The notes under the pieces are model-generated. The model ran no database searches. It was not told the DNA's origin and saw only the letters and a program-made list of their open reading frames with translations. This document shows, piece by piece, positions 27,751 to 41,725 of a stretch of DNA of 64,000 nucleotides (its first letter is position 1; each line of letters starts with the position of its first letter). Source of the DNA: Octopus bimaculoides (taxonomy: Eukaryota); NCBI RefSeq assembly GCF_001194135.2, contig NC_068984.1, positions 25,380,355 to 25,444,354 on the forward strand. Reading direction: 5' to 3'. Both the position numbers and the translations under genes were made by a program.

Positions 27751-28044
27751 ACAATTTTAGATAGACAAAAGTTAACAGATGAATGGCTCAGAAGTTGGAT
27801 AGTGAGCTTCTAACATCAGAGTCACCACTATCAGCACAAATGCCAAAAAATGTTTCAATAATAATTCAGTGATGAGCAATATCTCTTAGACTAAATTTGG
27901 AGATTACCATTAAAGATAAATTTTAACAATTCTAAGGAATATGTCTGGAACTGACTGAAATCATAACATGAATCATAGCTTCTTATAGAGATATTGAGAT
28001 ACTTTATTACCAATTACCAATATGTGAAACTAAACCTATTAGTG

Positions 28045-28246
28045 TGAATTTATTTGATGGCAAATAAGATGCACTTTTTCTCAAAAAAATAAAAAATATC
28101 TCAAAAAAATCACCCTGAGTTCTATATGTGAAGTTGGGCCCATATTACATGTTTTAATGCAGTAAAACATTTTTTCGGATTATGCACTGCTGGAATTGGG
28201 GTGTGTCTAAAACGCCCATGAATCTTTCATGCCATCAATTACAGTA
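28045..28246. mobile_element. MITE-like element, same family as 34145-34356
   Basis: tatttgatggca...tgccatcaattacagta termini, and an internal tctcaaaaaa...tgaagttg...atattacatg block shared with the 34.2-kb copy. Confidence 0.6.
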
Positions 28247-29144
28247 ACTAATAGATATTTGATACAGTTACATAACAAAGACACAGCTCAATGATGAAAA
28301 AACTCAATTCAAAATTAAGAAATAAATATTATATATTTCATATTCAGTAAGCTTGGAATTATATACAGATTTTCAGTCTCCACCTGCAACATGTCTGTTC
28401 GGCAACAATATCACCCATCCCAACATTTTTTATAGAATACCTAATATAAGCAATGACTAGTAACTTTGATAACATGCAATCACAAAGCAAGAACATTTGT
28501 ATAACATTTGACATCATGTAGTGAGAGAAGCCATCTAAGGGGCAAAATATGTGAAATAAGATAGGGTCAGAACTATTTTTTCACAGATTTAATACAGATA
28601 AAAAGTATTTTAAATTTTACCCACAAAATATCAACTGTTCCTCACACAGTGGGGATGAAAAACCAAAGAGTGTAAGGTGATGGTGGTGGTAGGTAGTGGC
28701 GAGGAGGAAAATACAAAAAGAATGAAACTAAAAAAAATTACATTGGCAAACTAAACACTACTGCTACTATTACAATCATTGACACCATCGTGATTTTTAT
28801 TTCAAAGGACAGCTGGTATTTTGGCTTCCATTCAATTAAATTCTGAAAGTAATATCAATTCTGCAACATAAACGAAGCCAGTGAAGAATTTTGATAACAT
28901 TTCTTTTTAATTTCTCTGAAAACCCAGCTTCAAAGTTTTCTTGCTTCAAACATAAGATTACCAAAAAAAAAAAAAAATTATTAGCATATCCTTCCTAAGT
29001 GTATGTATGTGTATACTGTTGTCAATATGTTTATAACAATATACACACATACACACACTTTCATATACATATATAGTTGCATATGTGTGTGTATATACAC
29101 ACACATATGCAGTCATATATATATATGCGTATATTTATAGTTAG

Positions 29145-29362
29145 TACCGTCTGACCGGCCTTCGTGCCGGTGGCACGTAAAAGCACCCACTACACTCTCG
29201 GAGTGGTGGTTGGCATTAGGAAGGGCATCCAGCTGTAGAAACTCTGCCAAATCAGATTGGAGCCTGGTGTAGCCATCTGGTTCACCAGACCTCAGTCAAA
29301 TCGTCCAACCCATGCTAGCATGGAAAGCGGACATTAAACGATGATGATGATGATGATGATGA
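29145..29362 (+). mobile_element. Family C element, shorter copy with (GAT)n tail
   Basis: cacgtaaaagcacccactacactctcggagtgg...gcatggaaagcggacattaaac(gat)n. Confidence 0.85.
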
Positions 29363-29676
29363 ATGTGTGTGTGTAATATATATATATAGTTATAGTTATC
29401 AAGTAGATGATAAAGTAGAGAGGTGACTTGAAAATGACCAAAGTATACCAATATTGAAATGTTAACCAAACAGAAAAGGTAAAATTAAACATAAAAGCAG
29501 AAATTCAATACCACTTTACAGCAAAACTTTCATTATACATGTGGCTCACAGCAAACAAGGTCCCAGCCACTGTCATAACATCCTTAATTGCATTGAACAG
29601 AATCAAGAAGCAAAATACTATCTTCCATGCATATCAAACCCATGCATGTATGACAACAGAAAAAAGCATTCTTGGG

Positions 29677-29677
<1 letters not shown>

Positions 29678-29733
<56 letters not shown>
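29678..29733. repeat. (TG)n microsatellite
   Basis: Direct reading of the sequence. Confidence 0.95.
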
Positions 29734-29736
<3 letters not shown>

Positions 29737-30297
29737 ATATATATAAATAAACAGATAAAAACAAATTACACTGATTACACAAAAGATATACAAATATTAT
29801 TTGATAAGAATGGATAATTTATATATTTAATCTTATCAGTTATTTGGTTTATGCTAGTTCTATCTCTCTTCACTTTTAGTACCTTACTTTGTACTACTTT
29901 TTCTCTTGTTACTCCAATCTTTGATAAAAGATATGCGTTGTGTCTGATGCAACTCCAAACCACAGAATTTGTGGTACTGTATGTAACCTTAGTAAAATAC
30001 TTTTATACCTAGCGAATTCTTGGCTTTAATGGGTCACATCCACCAAATAGATAGCCACCTATCTAAACAACCTATATCCTTATTAAGCCAATAAAGGAGT
30101 GACTCTGCTGTAGCATCACCAGCTAGAAATAGCATAGTTCTAGATAAACTATTATCTATAAAAAAGACAAGATGGCTATGACTGGAACACTATTGATCAG
30201 AAGCCTGCACAATGAATTATGTCCTAATGCAAAACAAAAACCTACATCTTTTTGTAGTTTACATTAGGTGAGATGTTTGTATTATGTACATATAGGT

Positions 30298-30700
30298 ACA
30301 CGCATGACTGTGTGCTTCCCAACCACATGGTTCTGCGTTCAGTCCTACTGCATGACACCCTGGGCGAGTGTCTTCTATTATAGCCTTGGGTCGATCAAAG
30401 CCTTATTATAGTCTTGGGTCGATCAAAGCCTTATGAGTGGATTTGGTAGGTGAAAACTGAAAGAAGCCTATCATGTGTGTGTCTTTATTCTCCACCATCA
30501 CTTGACAACCAGTGTTGGTGTGTTTACATCCCTGTAATTTAGTGGTTCAACAAAAGAGACCAATAGAATAAATGCCAGGCTTAAAAAAAGTACTGGGTTC
30601 AATTCTCTCAACCAAAAATTCTTCAAGGTGATGTCCCAGTATGGCCACAGTCTAATGACTAAAACAAGTAAGAAAAAGAAAAAAGAGAAAAAAGAAAACA
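30298..30700 (+). mobile_element. Family A SINE with an internal 28-bp tandem duplication (30376-30431)
   Basis: Core motifs present. tattatag(c/t)cttgggtcgatcaaagcct occurs twice. Confidence 0.8.
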
Positions 30701-31336
30701 GTATATATAAAACTCCATTTATAGGTACTACAATCATATTTTCACTTCATTCATTTACAGAACACTTAATCCAGTCTAACATCATTAGCTCTCTATGTTT
30801 TTTCTATTCATAGAAATGTATGTTTAAAACAACAAAAAAGACTTCTTTCACTTTATTTGATAGCATCTATAAACTTTAGTGCTCTGTTAAAAATAAGAAT
30901 TTAAGATAGAATTCATTTCATTTGAAGTATTTGATGTTATCCTTAGCATAAATAAATCATCTGTATGATAATAGGCATAAATGTATCCAACAGCCCTCCT
31001 ACTTTCCAAAAACTTCATATAAAATCTCCTTTGAGATTTTTAAAAAAAAGTCCAGATTATTTCCTGAAAAAAAAATTAGAGCAAAAGCTGCATTTTAAAT
31101 GAGCAGCTTCGTTTGTTAATTATTTAACCCCAACTTCTATGAACAGATCTTCAATGTTATTTACATTTAGGAGCTTAATATTTCATTTACACTTGAAGCC
31201 CTAAAACTAATTTACTTCTAAGCAGAGAGAAGTTTCATGAATATTTTACAAAGACCTATAATTGCAAACTACAATTAACAACTTTCCAGCTTAGTCATTG
31301 TTGATCAACATCTAGACATTATTTAAGATATTTTAT

Positions 31337-31550
31337 AAGATGGTGAACTAGCAGAATTGTTAGCTTGTTATACAAAATGCTTAGTGGCATTTCATCCAGT
31401 TTATGTTCTGTGCTCAAATCTTGCTGAGGTTAGATTTGCCTTACATCCTTTCAGGGTCAATAAAATAAGTACCAGTTGAGTACTGGGGATCAATGTAATC
31501 ACTTATCCCCTCCCTCAAACTTGCTGGCCTTGTGCCAAAATCTTAAACCA
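31337..31550 (+). mobile_element. Family B SINE
   Basis: atggtgaactagcagaattgttagc head through ggccttgtgccaaaatcttaaacc end. Confidence 0.8.
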
Positions 31551-31599
31551 ATGTTTAAGATATTTCATACTTTGCATTTTGATTATCAACTTTATATAA

Positions 31600-31763
31600 T
31601 AGGTGCAGGTGTGGCTGTGTGGTAAGAGGTTTGCTTCCCAACTACATGGTTCCAGGTTCAGTCCCATTGTGTAGCACCTTGGGCAAGTGTTTTCTACTAT
31701 AGCCTCGGGCTGACCAAAGCCTTGTGAATGGATTTGGTAGACAGAAACTGAAAGAAGCCCATC

Positions 31764-31823
<60 letters not shown>

Positions 31824-32020
31824 GGAGTCTGTGTTCGTGTTTGTCTCTCCACCATCGCTTGACAACTGATGTTGGTATGTTTACATCCCCATAACTTAGT
31901 GGTTTGGCAAAAGAGGCCGATAGAATAAGTACTAGGCTTACAAAGAATAAGTCCTGGGGTCAATTTGTTCAACTAAAGGCAGTGCTCCAGCATGACCGCA
32001 GTCAAATGACTGAAACAAAT
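31600..32020 (+). mobile_element. Family A SINE, full length, with internal (TA)n
   Basis: aggtgcaggtgtggctgtgtggtaag head, ggttcagtccc B-box-like motif, ctccagcatgaccgcagtcaaatgactgaaac 3' end. Confidence 0.85.
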
Positions 32021-32329
32021 AAAACACAAAAAAATGTTCTCTTTATGGTAACTCAGCATGATTGGTTCTACATATTTGGATATCTTCATTCAAATTGCTG
32101 AATTAAATACTTTTACATTTAGATTCTTTCTTTTGCTTATGCTAAGCACTCAACCTTCAATTAAAGGGGTCTCATTTATATATATTTATTCATCATTATC
32201 ATCATTTAACATCTGTGTTCTATGCTGGCATGGATTAGACAACTTAACAAGAACTGGTACGACCTGGGGCCACACCAATTATTATTATTTTGTTAGTGAA
32301 TGCTAATCTAGTTAGCAAGTATTTTATCT

Positions 32330-32600
32330 TGAGATTTGGTGACAACAAGTCTCCTCAAATCTCAAGAATTTTCCTTAAGATTCTTGCAGAATATAGGATG
32401 GTACTTTTCTGCAGGTTTGACAATGCAACTTCAAGTCCCAATTTCTTCCAGCCTTTTAAGTAGCATTTTGGGTGTTATGCCAAGTGTACCAATTACTACA
32501 GGAATAATTGTTGTTTTTCGCCTTCTACAGTCTCTTCAGCTCTCTGGTTAGATCCTGTTCCTCAATTTTCTTCAAATTCTTTCAAATTGACTTTGTTATC
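32330..32600 (-). mobile_element. R4/Dong-like RLE C-terminal fragment, decayed
   Basis: Minus translation KTTIIPVVIGTLGITPKMLLKRLEEIG. Confidence 0.65.
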
Positions 32601-32634
32601 ATAGGAATGCACAATCATTAGCACATCAGACAAA

Positions 32635-33025
32635 ATACTAATGACATTTCATTCAAATCCAGCCAGAGTCAACTTTGCCTTTCATTCTTTCTGGGTTGAT
32701 AAAATAAAGTACAAATTGAGTACTGGAGTCAATGTAAGTGACTTGCTTCCTTCCTTTAAAATTGTTTGCTTTATGCCAAAATTTGAAACCATTATAATTT
32801 TCACTGTTGTTATTATTAAAGCAGTGAGCAGGCAGAATTGGACAAAATGCTCAGCAGTATTTCTTCCAACTTATTAAGTTCCAAGTTCAAATTCTGCCAG
32901 GATTAACTCTGCCATTCATCCTTCCAGGGTTGATAAAATAAGTACCAGTTACGTACTATAGTTAATGGTATTGACTAACCCTTTCACTCTAAAACTACTG
33001 AACTTGTGGCAATATTTGAAACAAC
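32635..33025 (+). mobile_element. Two tandem family B SINE copies
   Basis: Two successive ttcaaat(c/t)c...ctttgcctttcattc / ttgataaaataa cores, each ending near tttgaaac. Confidence 0.7.
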
Positions 33026-33839
33026 CACCATTGCCACCACTGCCATGACCATCGTTATCATCATCAGCATCTAACGTTACATTCATTAAAAGTAATTTCA
33101 ATATTGAATTAAGGGAGCTAATAGAAACTAAAATTAAATTTATTTAAAAATTGATGTCATCAAACTGTGTTCCTCAAATGATGACATTTCTATCTTTGAT
33201 AAAGTTTCCAATGCTTTTCTCCAGTTTATTCTTCAAACTTCTCCTATGAGTCTCATCCATACCATTCTATATACCTACATGTGACACATGATTTTTATCT
33301 TGTAGATATACCAATAGACCAAATTTTCAGATACTGTTTCTTTCTCTTTGATTTCAAATATTGTTCAAAAAACATCCTCACAATCAACCACTACATATAA
33401 AGTTTAATAAGTTTTTCATTCTTTGGATTTTATGAAAAGAATAGGCCCTCATCTCTCCCATATACTAGGACCATAAAAAAAATTAGGTCATATTACATCT
33501 TAGCCATATCACAGTATTATTATTACCATAATTATTACCTCTTGGGGGAAAAATCATACCATTTAGTGTTCTATAATGTAGAGTGTAAAATCTTGCATGA
33601 TCAGACAAAGTACAATATTTTACATGCTGTTATGAAAATTAATAGAAGCAAACTGATGGTAAGTAAACTTTAGATCTTATTTTTTTAAAATCGTTTTAAA
33701 ATAGGTCCAATGGAAGCTGAAATTGAAACTAATCATTTTTGATACATATAGAGCAAAATTCTTCAGAGAATGAGCAAGAGATATGGATGTTATTCATCTG
33801 TTTATAAACTAATACCAGTCAAATCAAAATAGTTAAATC

Positions 33840-34100
33840 ATCATTATTTAATGTTCATCTTCCATACTGGCATGGGTTGGATGGTTTGACAGGAGCTGGC
33901 AAACCAGAGGATTGCACAAAGCCCCACTGTCTATTTTGGCATAGATTTTATGGTTGGATGCCCTTCCTAACACCAACCACCTTACAGGGTAGACTAGGTG
34001 CTTTTTACATAGCACCAGCATCAACGAGGTCTGTTTTCACAGCAGGAAGCCCTTCCTAATGTCGACCACTTTACAGAGTGGACTGTAAAGTGGATGTGTC
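33840..34100 (-). mobile_element. Old family C-related element
   Basis: tcatcattatttaatgttcatcttccatactggcatgggttggatggtttgac...ggatgcccttcctaacaccaaccac. Confidence 0.65.
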
Positions 34101-34144
34101 ACCAGCACTTTCATATTTAATAGTTCGATAATTTTATGAAAATC

Positions 34145-34356
34145 TACTGTATTTAGTGGCATATAAAATACAATACTTTTTTCAAAAAAATTGTCTCAAA
34201 AAAAAAAAATTTACTTCAAGTCCTACACGTGAAGTTGCTTTAAATATTACATGCTTTAATGTATATAAAAAAAAACTTTTATCTTCTGAATAAGTGCTGC
34301 TGAAATTGAGGTGCATCTAATATGCCTGTCCATCTTTTATGCCATCAAATACAGTA
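34145..34356. mobile_element. MITE-like element with about 20-bp imperfect TIRs (TACTGTATTT...AAATACAGTA), Tc1/mariner-like ends
   Basis: Left end tactgtatttagtggcata versus reverse complement of right end tactgtatttgatggcata. Begins and ends with TA. Confidence 0.7.
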
Positions 34357-34392
34357 ATTGTTCTCAAGATTGTACAACCTTCCTGAAATAAT

Positions 34393-34690
34393 TGGAGGCG
34401 CAATGGCCCAGTGGTTAGGGCAGCAGACTCACGGTCGGAGGATCGCGGATTCGATTCCCAGACCGGGTGTTGTGTGTGTTTATTGAGCAAAAACACCTAA
34501 AGCTCCATGATGCTCCAGCAGGGAGTGGTGGCGACCCCTGTTGTACTCTTTCTCTCACTCTTTCTTCCTGTTTCTTGAGAAACGCTGCGATAGACTGGCA
34601 TCCTGTCCAGCTGGTGGGAAACACATATGCCATAGAAACCGGGAAATCGGGCCCATGAGTCTGGCTAGGCTTTAAAAGGGCGCATAGACA
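34393..34690 (+). mobile_element. Family F tRNA-derived SINE, GC-rich
   Basis: tRNA-like head ggaggcgcaatggcccagtggttagggcagc...gattcgattcccagacc, then ttgagcaaaaacacc and ctgcgatagactggcatcctgtccag...gaaaccggg. Confidence 0.75.
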
Positions 34691-36508
34691 GATAGATCCT
34701 GAAATAATTAATGTACATCAGCTTTGTGTATGGACAAAGCTGTTACTTTGATTTCTTGCAGCTCAGAAACTCCCTACTTGCTAGGACTATTTAGAAGAAG
34801 TAACTTATCTGAATGAATGTAACAAGTCAAAGGATGACGTATTAGTTACATATCGATAAATAATTATACTCTATAGCATGTATTGAGCACTCTTCCTCTC
34901 ATTTAGGAAACAAAAAAAATATGTATATGTCATGGTGTTGGTTCATCTTATCTTAATTAATAGCAAGATGTACATTATATGTAACAGCATTTATTATCAT
35001 CTCATTAAAAGGAAGTAAAAAAAACAACAAATTATTGATTGACCAAAATCAAAAGACTAAAATACAGAAATTGTAAAAGAATAGTGTTATTTATATCTAA
35101 ATTAGTTTAGTAATGAGACATTCTACAATAATTCTTCAAATATTGCATGTCCATATGTTCACTTAGATGCATATATCTCTTACTTGAAACAATTTTCTTT
35201 ATATTCCAGAACTAAAAAGCAATTTTCACCTTTCTTGGCTTGACTGCAGATAAAATGCCAGACTGAAGAGAGACAGTTGTTATTTCCTAGGCAACATGCC
35301 AATGGCAAATCCAAAGAATGTCTTTGGTGACACAAATGCCATGACAACAACAACTACAACAACAATAATAACAATAACAAAAAATAATAATAATGTCTTA
35401 AACATAGACATTTAACCAGAAATTTGTTGGGCGGAGTTAGCTGATTAATCGACCTGGGACTTTGCCGTCATCTACCTGGGGGTGGATAAAACAAAGATGA
35501 CCTTTGCAGGATTTAAACTCAGAACCTAAAGTGATGGAACACAATTGGATTGTTGAAAAAAAAAAAGAAAGCACAAATTACTCACAAATGTCTTCAACAA
35601 AATACTTGGCAACCTTAAAATGCAGAAGAGACTGTCTACACTATTTTCTAAGAGCATTGTCTACATGGTAACGCAATCCAAAGATTGTTATTGTATGTAC
35701 TTTGAGATATGCTCCATTTCTAATTTATCTACATTTTTTCATGCATACATAATGTATCATTCTTGCTGATATTGGCCTACAAGAGGAATAAGTGGTTCAT
35801 TTTCTTATCAGTGTGTGCACTGTAAGCAGGGTAAAGCCACTTAACAACCACTGGCTCAGTCTGCCAAGCAATAAATGAGCACCATAGAGAGAAAGACACA
35901 CACACAAATCACTTTATAAACAATAAGGTATACTACATAATTAATCAATAGGTGTTTCTCTAACTGGTACTACTGGGTTCAGTTCTTATATTACAATATT
36001 GTAGAAAAGGAAGATGTCAGTAACAGTATCATTATCAAAAACAGACAGCACTTCATTGGTTAATCTGAAAATTAAAGGAACAATCAGTCAATCATCTAAC
36101 ACAAATACAGAGACAGACAGAGAGAGAGAGACACCAGATCACCTGTCGTCGGCAAGCTGGATACAACTAAATAAATCAATCTTCATCAAATCAAACTGAC
36201 ATAATTATTGAATAAAATGAAGGAAGGGGAAATCAGTTCAAACAATGAAAACATCAACAAAACAAGCAAATATATCAAAAACAAAGATTCTCTAAAGAAT
36301 TGCAGGGGAAATTATAATATTATGCCAACAGAGTTATTTATATATATATACACACACATACATACATACATGCTAACATACACTGATGGACTATATACAC
36401 ACATATATACATAAAAAGCACACAATAACATAAATACATGAGCGTGCATATGTGCAGGTAATATGTGAATACACAAACACACACACACACAGATTATATA
36501 TAAATTTT

Positions 36509-36509
<1 letters not shown>

Positions 36510-36550
<41 letters not shown>
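36510..36550. repeat. (GATA)n microsatellite
   Basis: Direct reading of the sequence. Confidence 0.9.
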
Positions 36551-36552
<2 letters not shown>

Positions 36553-37293
36553 CAGACATACGCACACATGTGTCTTTGTGTATGGAAATATTTAAATATT
36601 TGCTATATTTCACACACACAAAAAAAAGAAAAACACACCAAAACAGCAGCTGTGTATATTGTTAGCTGTATATATATATTAACTAGAGCTAGAATGACTT
36701 GAAGTACTTTTAAAATAGAAATTGAACCAGATCAAAAGAAAATAACTGAGTTTAAAAAAATAATTTAATGAATCAATATATATTCAGTGAAGCGTGAAGA
36801 ATAAAAAAAATTACTGAATATGTTATAATGGCTACCAACTATGATGTATCGGAATCTACTTGAAATAAAATATAATTTTAAAAAATTTAGAGAGAATTGA
36901 CAGCAATACAGCATGTGGTGCTTCGTTCTGTTTATTGTTTGTGCATTTTGTTTTGATTTTTCTTGTTTTTTTTTAATTTTTACTTTCAGTCTTAAGATAT
37001 CTTCCCATCTTAAGTTATTAATGAAAGTCCATCACATATTGAAATACAAAAAAAAAGACATTTAAAATTTCCTGCAAATTTAAAACTGAAACAAATTCAA
37101 CACAAGATGTTTATTAGAACCACAGAAAGCTGATATTAATACATACAGAATGAATAAGTTGCACAGGTAAATATATATATATATATATATGTACATGCAC
37201 AAACATATATATACAAACACACATATATACACACAAACACACGTATACATATACAAATACACATATACACACATACATATATATACACACACA

Positions 37294-37327
<34 letters not shown>

Positions 37328-37935
37328 NNNNNNNNNNNNNNNNNNNNNNNNNNNNNNNNNNNNNNNNNNNNNNNNNNNNNNNNNNNNNNNNNNNNNNNNN
37401 NNNNNNNNNNNNNNNNNNNNNNNNNNNNNNNNNNNNNNNNNNNNNNNNNNNNNNNNNNNNNNNNNNNNNNNNNNNNNNNNNNNNNNNNNNNNNNNNNNNN
37501 NNNNNNNNNNNNNNNNNNNNNNNNNNNNNNNNNNNNNNNNNNNNNNNNNNNNNNNNNNNNNNNNNNNNNNNNNNNNNNNNNNNNNNNNNNNNNNNNNNNN
37601 NNNNNNNNNNNNNNNNNNNNNNNNNNNNNNNNNNNNNNNNNNNNNNNNNNNNNNNNNNNNNNNNNNNNNNNNNNNNNNNNNNNNNNNNNNNNNNNNNNNN
37701 NNNNNNNNNNNNNNNNNNNNNNNNNNNNNNNNNNNNNNNNNNNNNNNNNNNNNNNNNNNNNNNNNNNNNNNNNNNNNNNNNNNNNNNNNNNNNNNNNNNN
37801 NNNNNNNNNNNNNNNNNNNNNNNNNNNNNNNNNNNNNNNNNNNNNNNNNNNNNNNNNNNNNNNNNNNNNNNNNNNNNNNNNNNNNNNNNNNNNNNNNNNN
37901 NTATATATATATATATATATATATATTACGTACAT

Positions 37936-37982
<47 letters not shown>

Positions 37983-38371
37983 TATATACACATATATACG
38001 TATATACACATACACATCTATACACATTGATTCATACACACACAAACACACAGATATATGTATATACATTCATACAATCTCAACATCGTAACAAGGTGAT
38101 GAGCTATATGGTATCCGAAATCTTAGATGTGCCTTTGTAATAACCTGTAATTAAATCTCAACACTATTTATCAAAGATGGAATAAAAGACAAGAAAGGGA
38201 AAAAAAGAAATATAAATGCACAGCACAAAATATCTTCTCAACCCAAACTCAACCACCATAGCTACCAAATTTATTATCATTTCACTGATTGACACCACAC
38301 AATCAAAAAACCAGCTTTGATTGTAAGCAAGCGGTGGGAACCAGGATTTCTTTTTCCCTATCACAGAAGCT

Positions 38372-38375
<4 letters not shown>

Positions 38376-38446
<71 letters not shown>

Positions 38447-38485
38447 ACAGCCGTGGTGGTGGTGGTGGTGGTAGCAGCAGCAGCA
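38376..38485. repeat. Compound (TAG)n-(GGT)n-(GCA)n microsatellite
   Basis: Direct reading of the sequence. Confidence 0.9.
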
Positions 38486-40160
38486 GGTCTTTCTGCTTTC
38501 AGAATACACCGGAGACTTGTTGAAATCAATCAATTTCAAAATTTGCTTTAAACACCGAAATTTATTGAATAGTGATTGTAAATATGGTATTCTGGTAACA
38601 TAGAAATTGATTCTGTTATCTCATCACTTTTTTAAAATATCTATATTTCTGAAATGGTCTCTTAGAAACAAAAAGAAGCTGNNNNNNNNNNNNNNNNNNN
38701 NNNNNNNNNNNNNNNNNNNNNNNNNNNNNNNNNNNNNNNNGGGGGGGGGGGTTGTTTTCTTGTTTTGTCATTAAAGCTACTTTATTTTTGTCATCATCAA
38801 CATCATCACCACAAACACAACCAACACTATCATTGATATTAGATAATCAGAAAAATAAAAAAGGAAAGAAAAAAAACAGGTAGTTTATTCTTTTGTCTTT
38901 CTTGTGTGACCCCTACCACCCTTCTGATCACCCAGTATTAATAATAATTAGAAGAGATAAATAAAGTAGATGGATTAGATCAATATAAAAAAATAATGAT
39001 TTTAAATATTCAAAAAGTGTCAGATATAAAAGATAAAACATCTAAAATAAGCTACAATAAGAAAATTTCTCTTTCATACTTTAACTATTTATTATTCCTA
39101 TTATTACAAGTATTATTATTATTATTATTATTTTATATCTCAAGAAATCCTGAGTTTAAAGATTATAAGATTCTTACCAAGACATTGTGACTAGCTTTCC
39201 CTAAACACAATTCCAGATGACCGACCACACCAGCAATGCCAGGAACTGGAAATAAACACTCGGCAGGCTTCAGGGTAGAATCCAAACCCCAAAATTACTC
39301 CAAGATGCTCTCACCAATACAAGAATAAGAGTCATATAAATATGTATATATAAGTGTTTATGAGTGTGTATATATGTGTATATGTGCATCTGAGTGTCAA
39401 TATAGATATATGTAGGTGTAGATCAATATATATATTTATATATGTATGTGTGTGTATATATATTTATAAATGTCTGTGATATAAGTCCTATATGTTTGTA
39501 GTTTCAAAATATAGTGGAAATATTGAATGGAAGAAATGAAAAAAAAAAAAGAGAAAAGATGTCAGTTTTGTTTGTTTTTGTTTTGCTAGGGTGTCACTAT
39601 GACCATACAACCAAGGTCTGGCCAGTTAATGATGACTAGTGACTGTGACTGGATCAGTGCCAGATGTAGCTGTAGAATGGATGAAGGAAAAGCTTCCACT
39701 CAATGATGAGAGAAGGGAAAAGAAAAGGAAATGGTGGTAGGAATCGAGGAAGTGAGAGAAGAAGAGAAAGAGAAGCTGTTTAACATAAGAGTAGCAGACA
39801 CTACATAGCTGTGCTACCCTCCAATGAATTCTGACTCACTCTAAGCATGTAGCAGCACCAAGGGAAAGTCTCTAATTACTGTAGCGGCTGTAGATAGGAT
39901 AACAGTTTGTGGCTAAAGAAATGATGAAAACTGCTTCCTTAAATAAAAATAAAATAAAAATAGCCTCTTCCCATTGCTGTTTCATGAAAGAAAAACAAAT
40001 ACATCAACATATTTATATCTAGACTGATTTTTGCGGGTAACTCATAGTATGAGAAAAATACTAATAATAAATAATATTGATTTCTCAGATAGATGCGAAG
40101 CTTGATTTTTTTTTTTTTTCCTCTCTCTTTTTTCTTTTTATTTATCAACTTAGAGAAATG

Positions 40161-41095
40161 NNNNNNNNNNNNNNNNNNNNNNNNNNNNNNNNNNNNNNNN
40201 NNNNNNNNNNNNNNNNNNNNNNNNNNNNNNNNNNNNNNNNNNNNNNNNNNNNNNNNNNNNNNNNNNNNNNNNNNNNNNNNNNNNNNNNNNNNNNNNNNNN
40301 NNNNNNNNNNNNNNNNNNNNNNNNNNNNNNNNNNNNNNNNNNNNNNNNNNNNNNNNNNNNNNNNNNNNNNNNNNNNNNNNNNNNNNNNNNNNNNNNNNNN
40401 NNNNNNNNNNNNNNNNNNNNNNNNNNNNNNNNNNNNNNNNNNNNNNNNNNNNNNNNNNNNNNNNNNNNNNNNNNNNNNNNNNNNNNNNNNNNNNNNNNNN
40501 NNNNNNNNNNNNNNNNNNNNNNNNNNNNNNNNNNNNNNNNNNNNNNNNNNNNNNNNNNNNNNNNNNNNNNNNNNNNNNNNNNNNNNNNNNNNNNNNNNNN
40601 NNNNNNNNNNNNNNNNNNNNNNNNNNNNNNNNNNNNNNNNNNNNNNNNNNNNNNNNNNNNNNNNNNNNNNNNNNNNNNNNNNNNNNNNNNNNNNNNNNNN
40701 NNNNNNNNNNNNNNNNNNNNNNNNNNNNNNNNNNNNNNNNNNNNNNNNNNNNNNNNNNNNNNNNNNNNNNNNNNNNNNNNNNNNNNNNNNNNNNNNNNNN
40801 NNNNNNNNNNNNNNNNNNNNNNNNNNNNNNNNNNNNNNNNNNNNNNNNNNNNNNNNNNNNNNNNNNNNNNNNNNNNNNNNNNNNNNNNNNNNNNNNNNNN
40901 NNNNNNNNNNNNNNNNNNNNNNNNNNNNNNNNNNNNNNNNNNNNNNNNNNNNNNNNNNNNNNNNNNNNNNNNNNNNNNNNNNNNNNNNNNNNNNNNNNNN
41001 NNNNNNNNNNNNNNNNNNNNNNNNNNNNNNNNNNNNNNNNNNNNNNNNNNNNNNNNNNNNNNNNNNNNNNNNNNNNNNNNNNNNNNNNNNNNNNN
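40161..41095. other. Largest assembly gap (others: 11758-12189, 14083-14165, 15007-15223, 26356-26364, 37328-37901, 38682-38740, 49217-49226, 50641-50663, 54275-54562, 60314-60574)
   Basis: N runs, most of them bordered by microsatellites. Confidence 0.98.
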
Positions 41096-41695
41096 GAAAT
41101 TTTGGGGGTGGGGGTGGGTGGGGGCAGTGAATTAGATTAAACCCATGCAACTGGTACTTAATTTATAGACCCCCAAAAGTATGAAAGGCAAAGTTAACCA
41201 TGGCGGAATTTGAACTCACAGCACAGCAACAGGCAAAATACCGCTAAGCATTTCGTCCAACAATTCTGCCAGTTCACCACCTCAACAACAACAACAATGG
41301 TTTCAAATTTTTGGCACAAGGCCAGCAATTTCATAGGAGGAGTGAAGTTGATTACATTGACCCTTGTGCTCGACTGGTACTTATCAACCCCAAAAGGATG
41401 AAAGCTGAAATTGACTTTAGCAGAATTTGAACTCAGAAATGTAATGAGCCAGAACAAATAATGTAAGGTATTTTTGGCCATTATTCCAACAATTCTCTGA
41501 ACCACCGTGATGGTTAATGTGCATAGCAGCATTTTGTCCATCTTTACATTCTGAGTTCAAATTCCACCAAGGTTGACTTTGCCTTTCATCCTTCCAGGCT
41601 TGGTAAGAATACCAGTCAAGTACTAGGGTCAATGAAATCAACTTCACACTCTCTCCAAAATTTCAGGTCTGTGCCGAAAGTGGAAAGGATTATTA
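41096..41695. mobile_element. Cluster of three family B SINEs: two minus (41096-41285, 41300-41505) and one plus (41520-41695)
   Basis: Cores gaaaggcaaagttaacc, ggatgaaagctgaaattgac and gttgactttgcctttcatcc. Confidence 0.75.
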
Positions 41696-41725
41696 TTATC
41701 ATTATCATTATTATTATTATTATAA

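Noticed and set aside
34393-34470. Possible tRNA gene
   Set aside because: The anticodon and acceptor stems do not pair properly, and the sequence continues into a SINE body.
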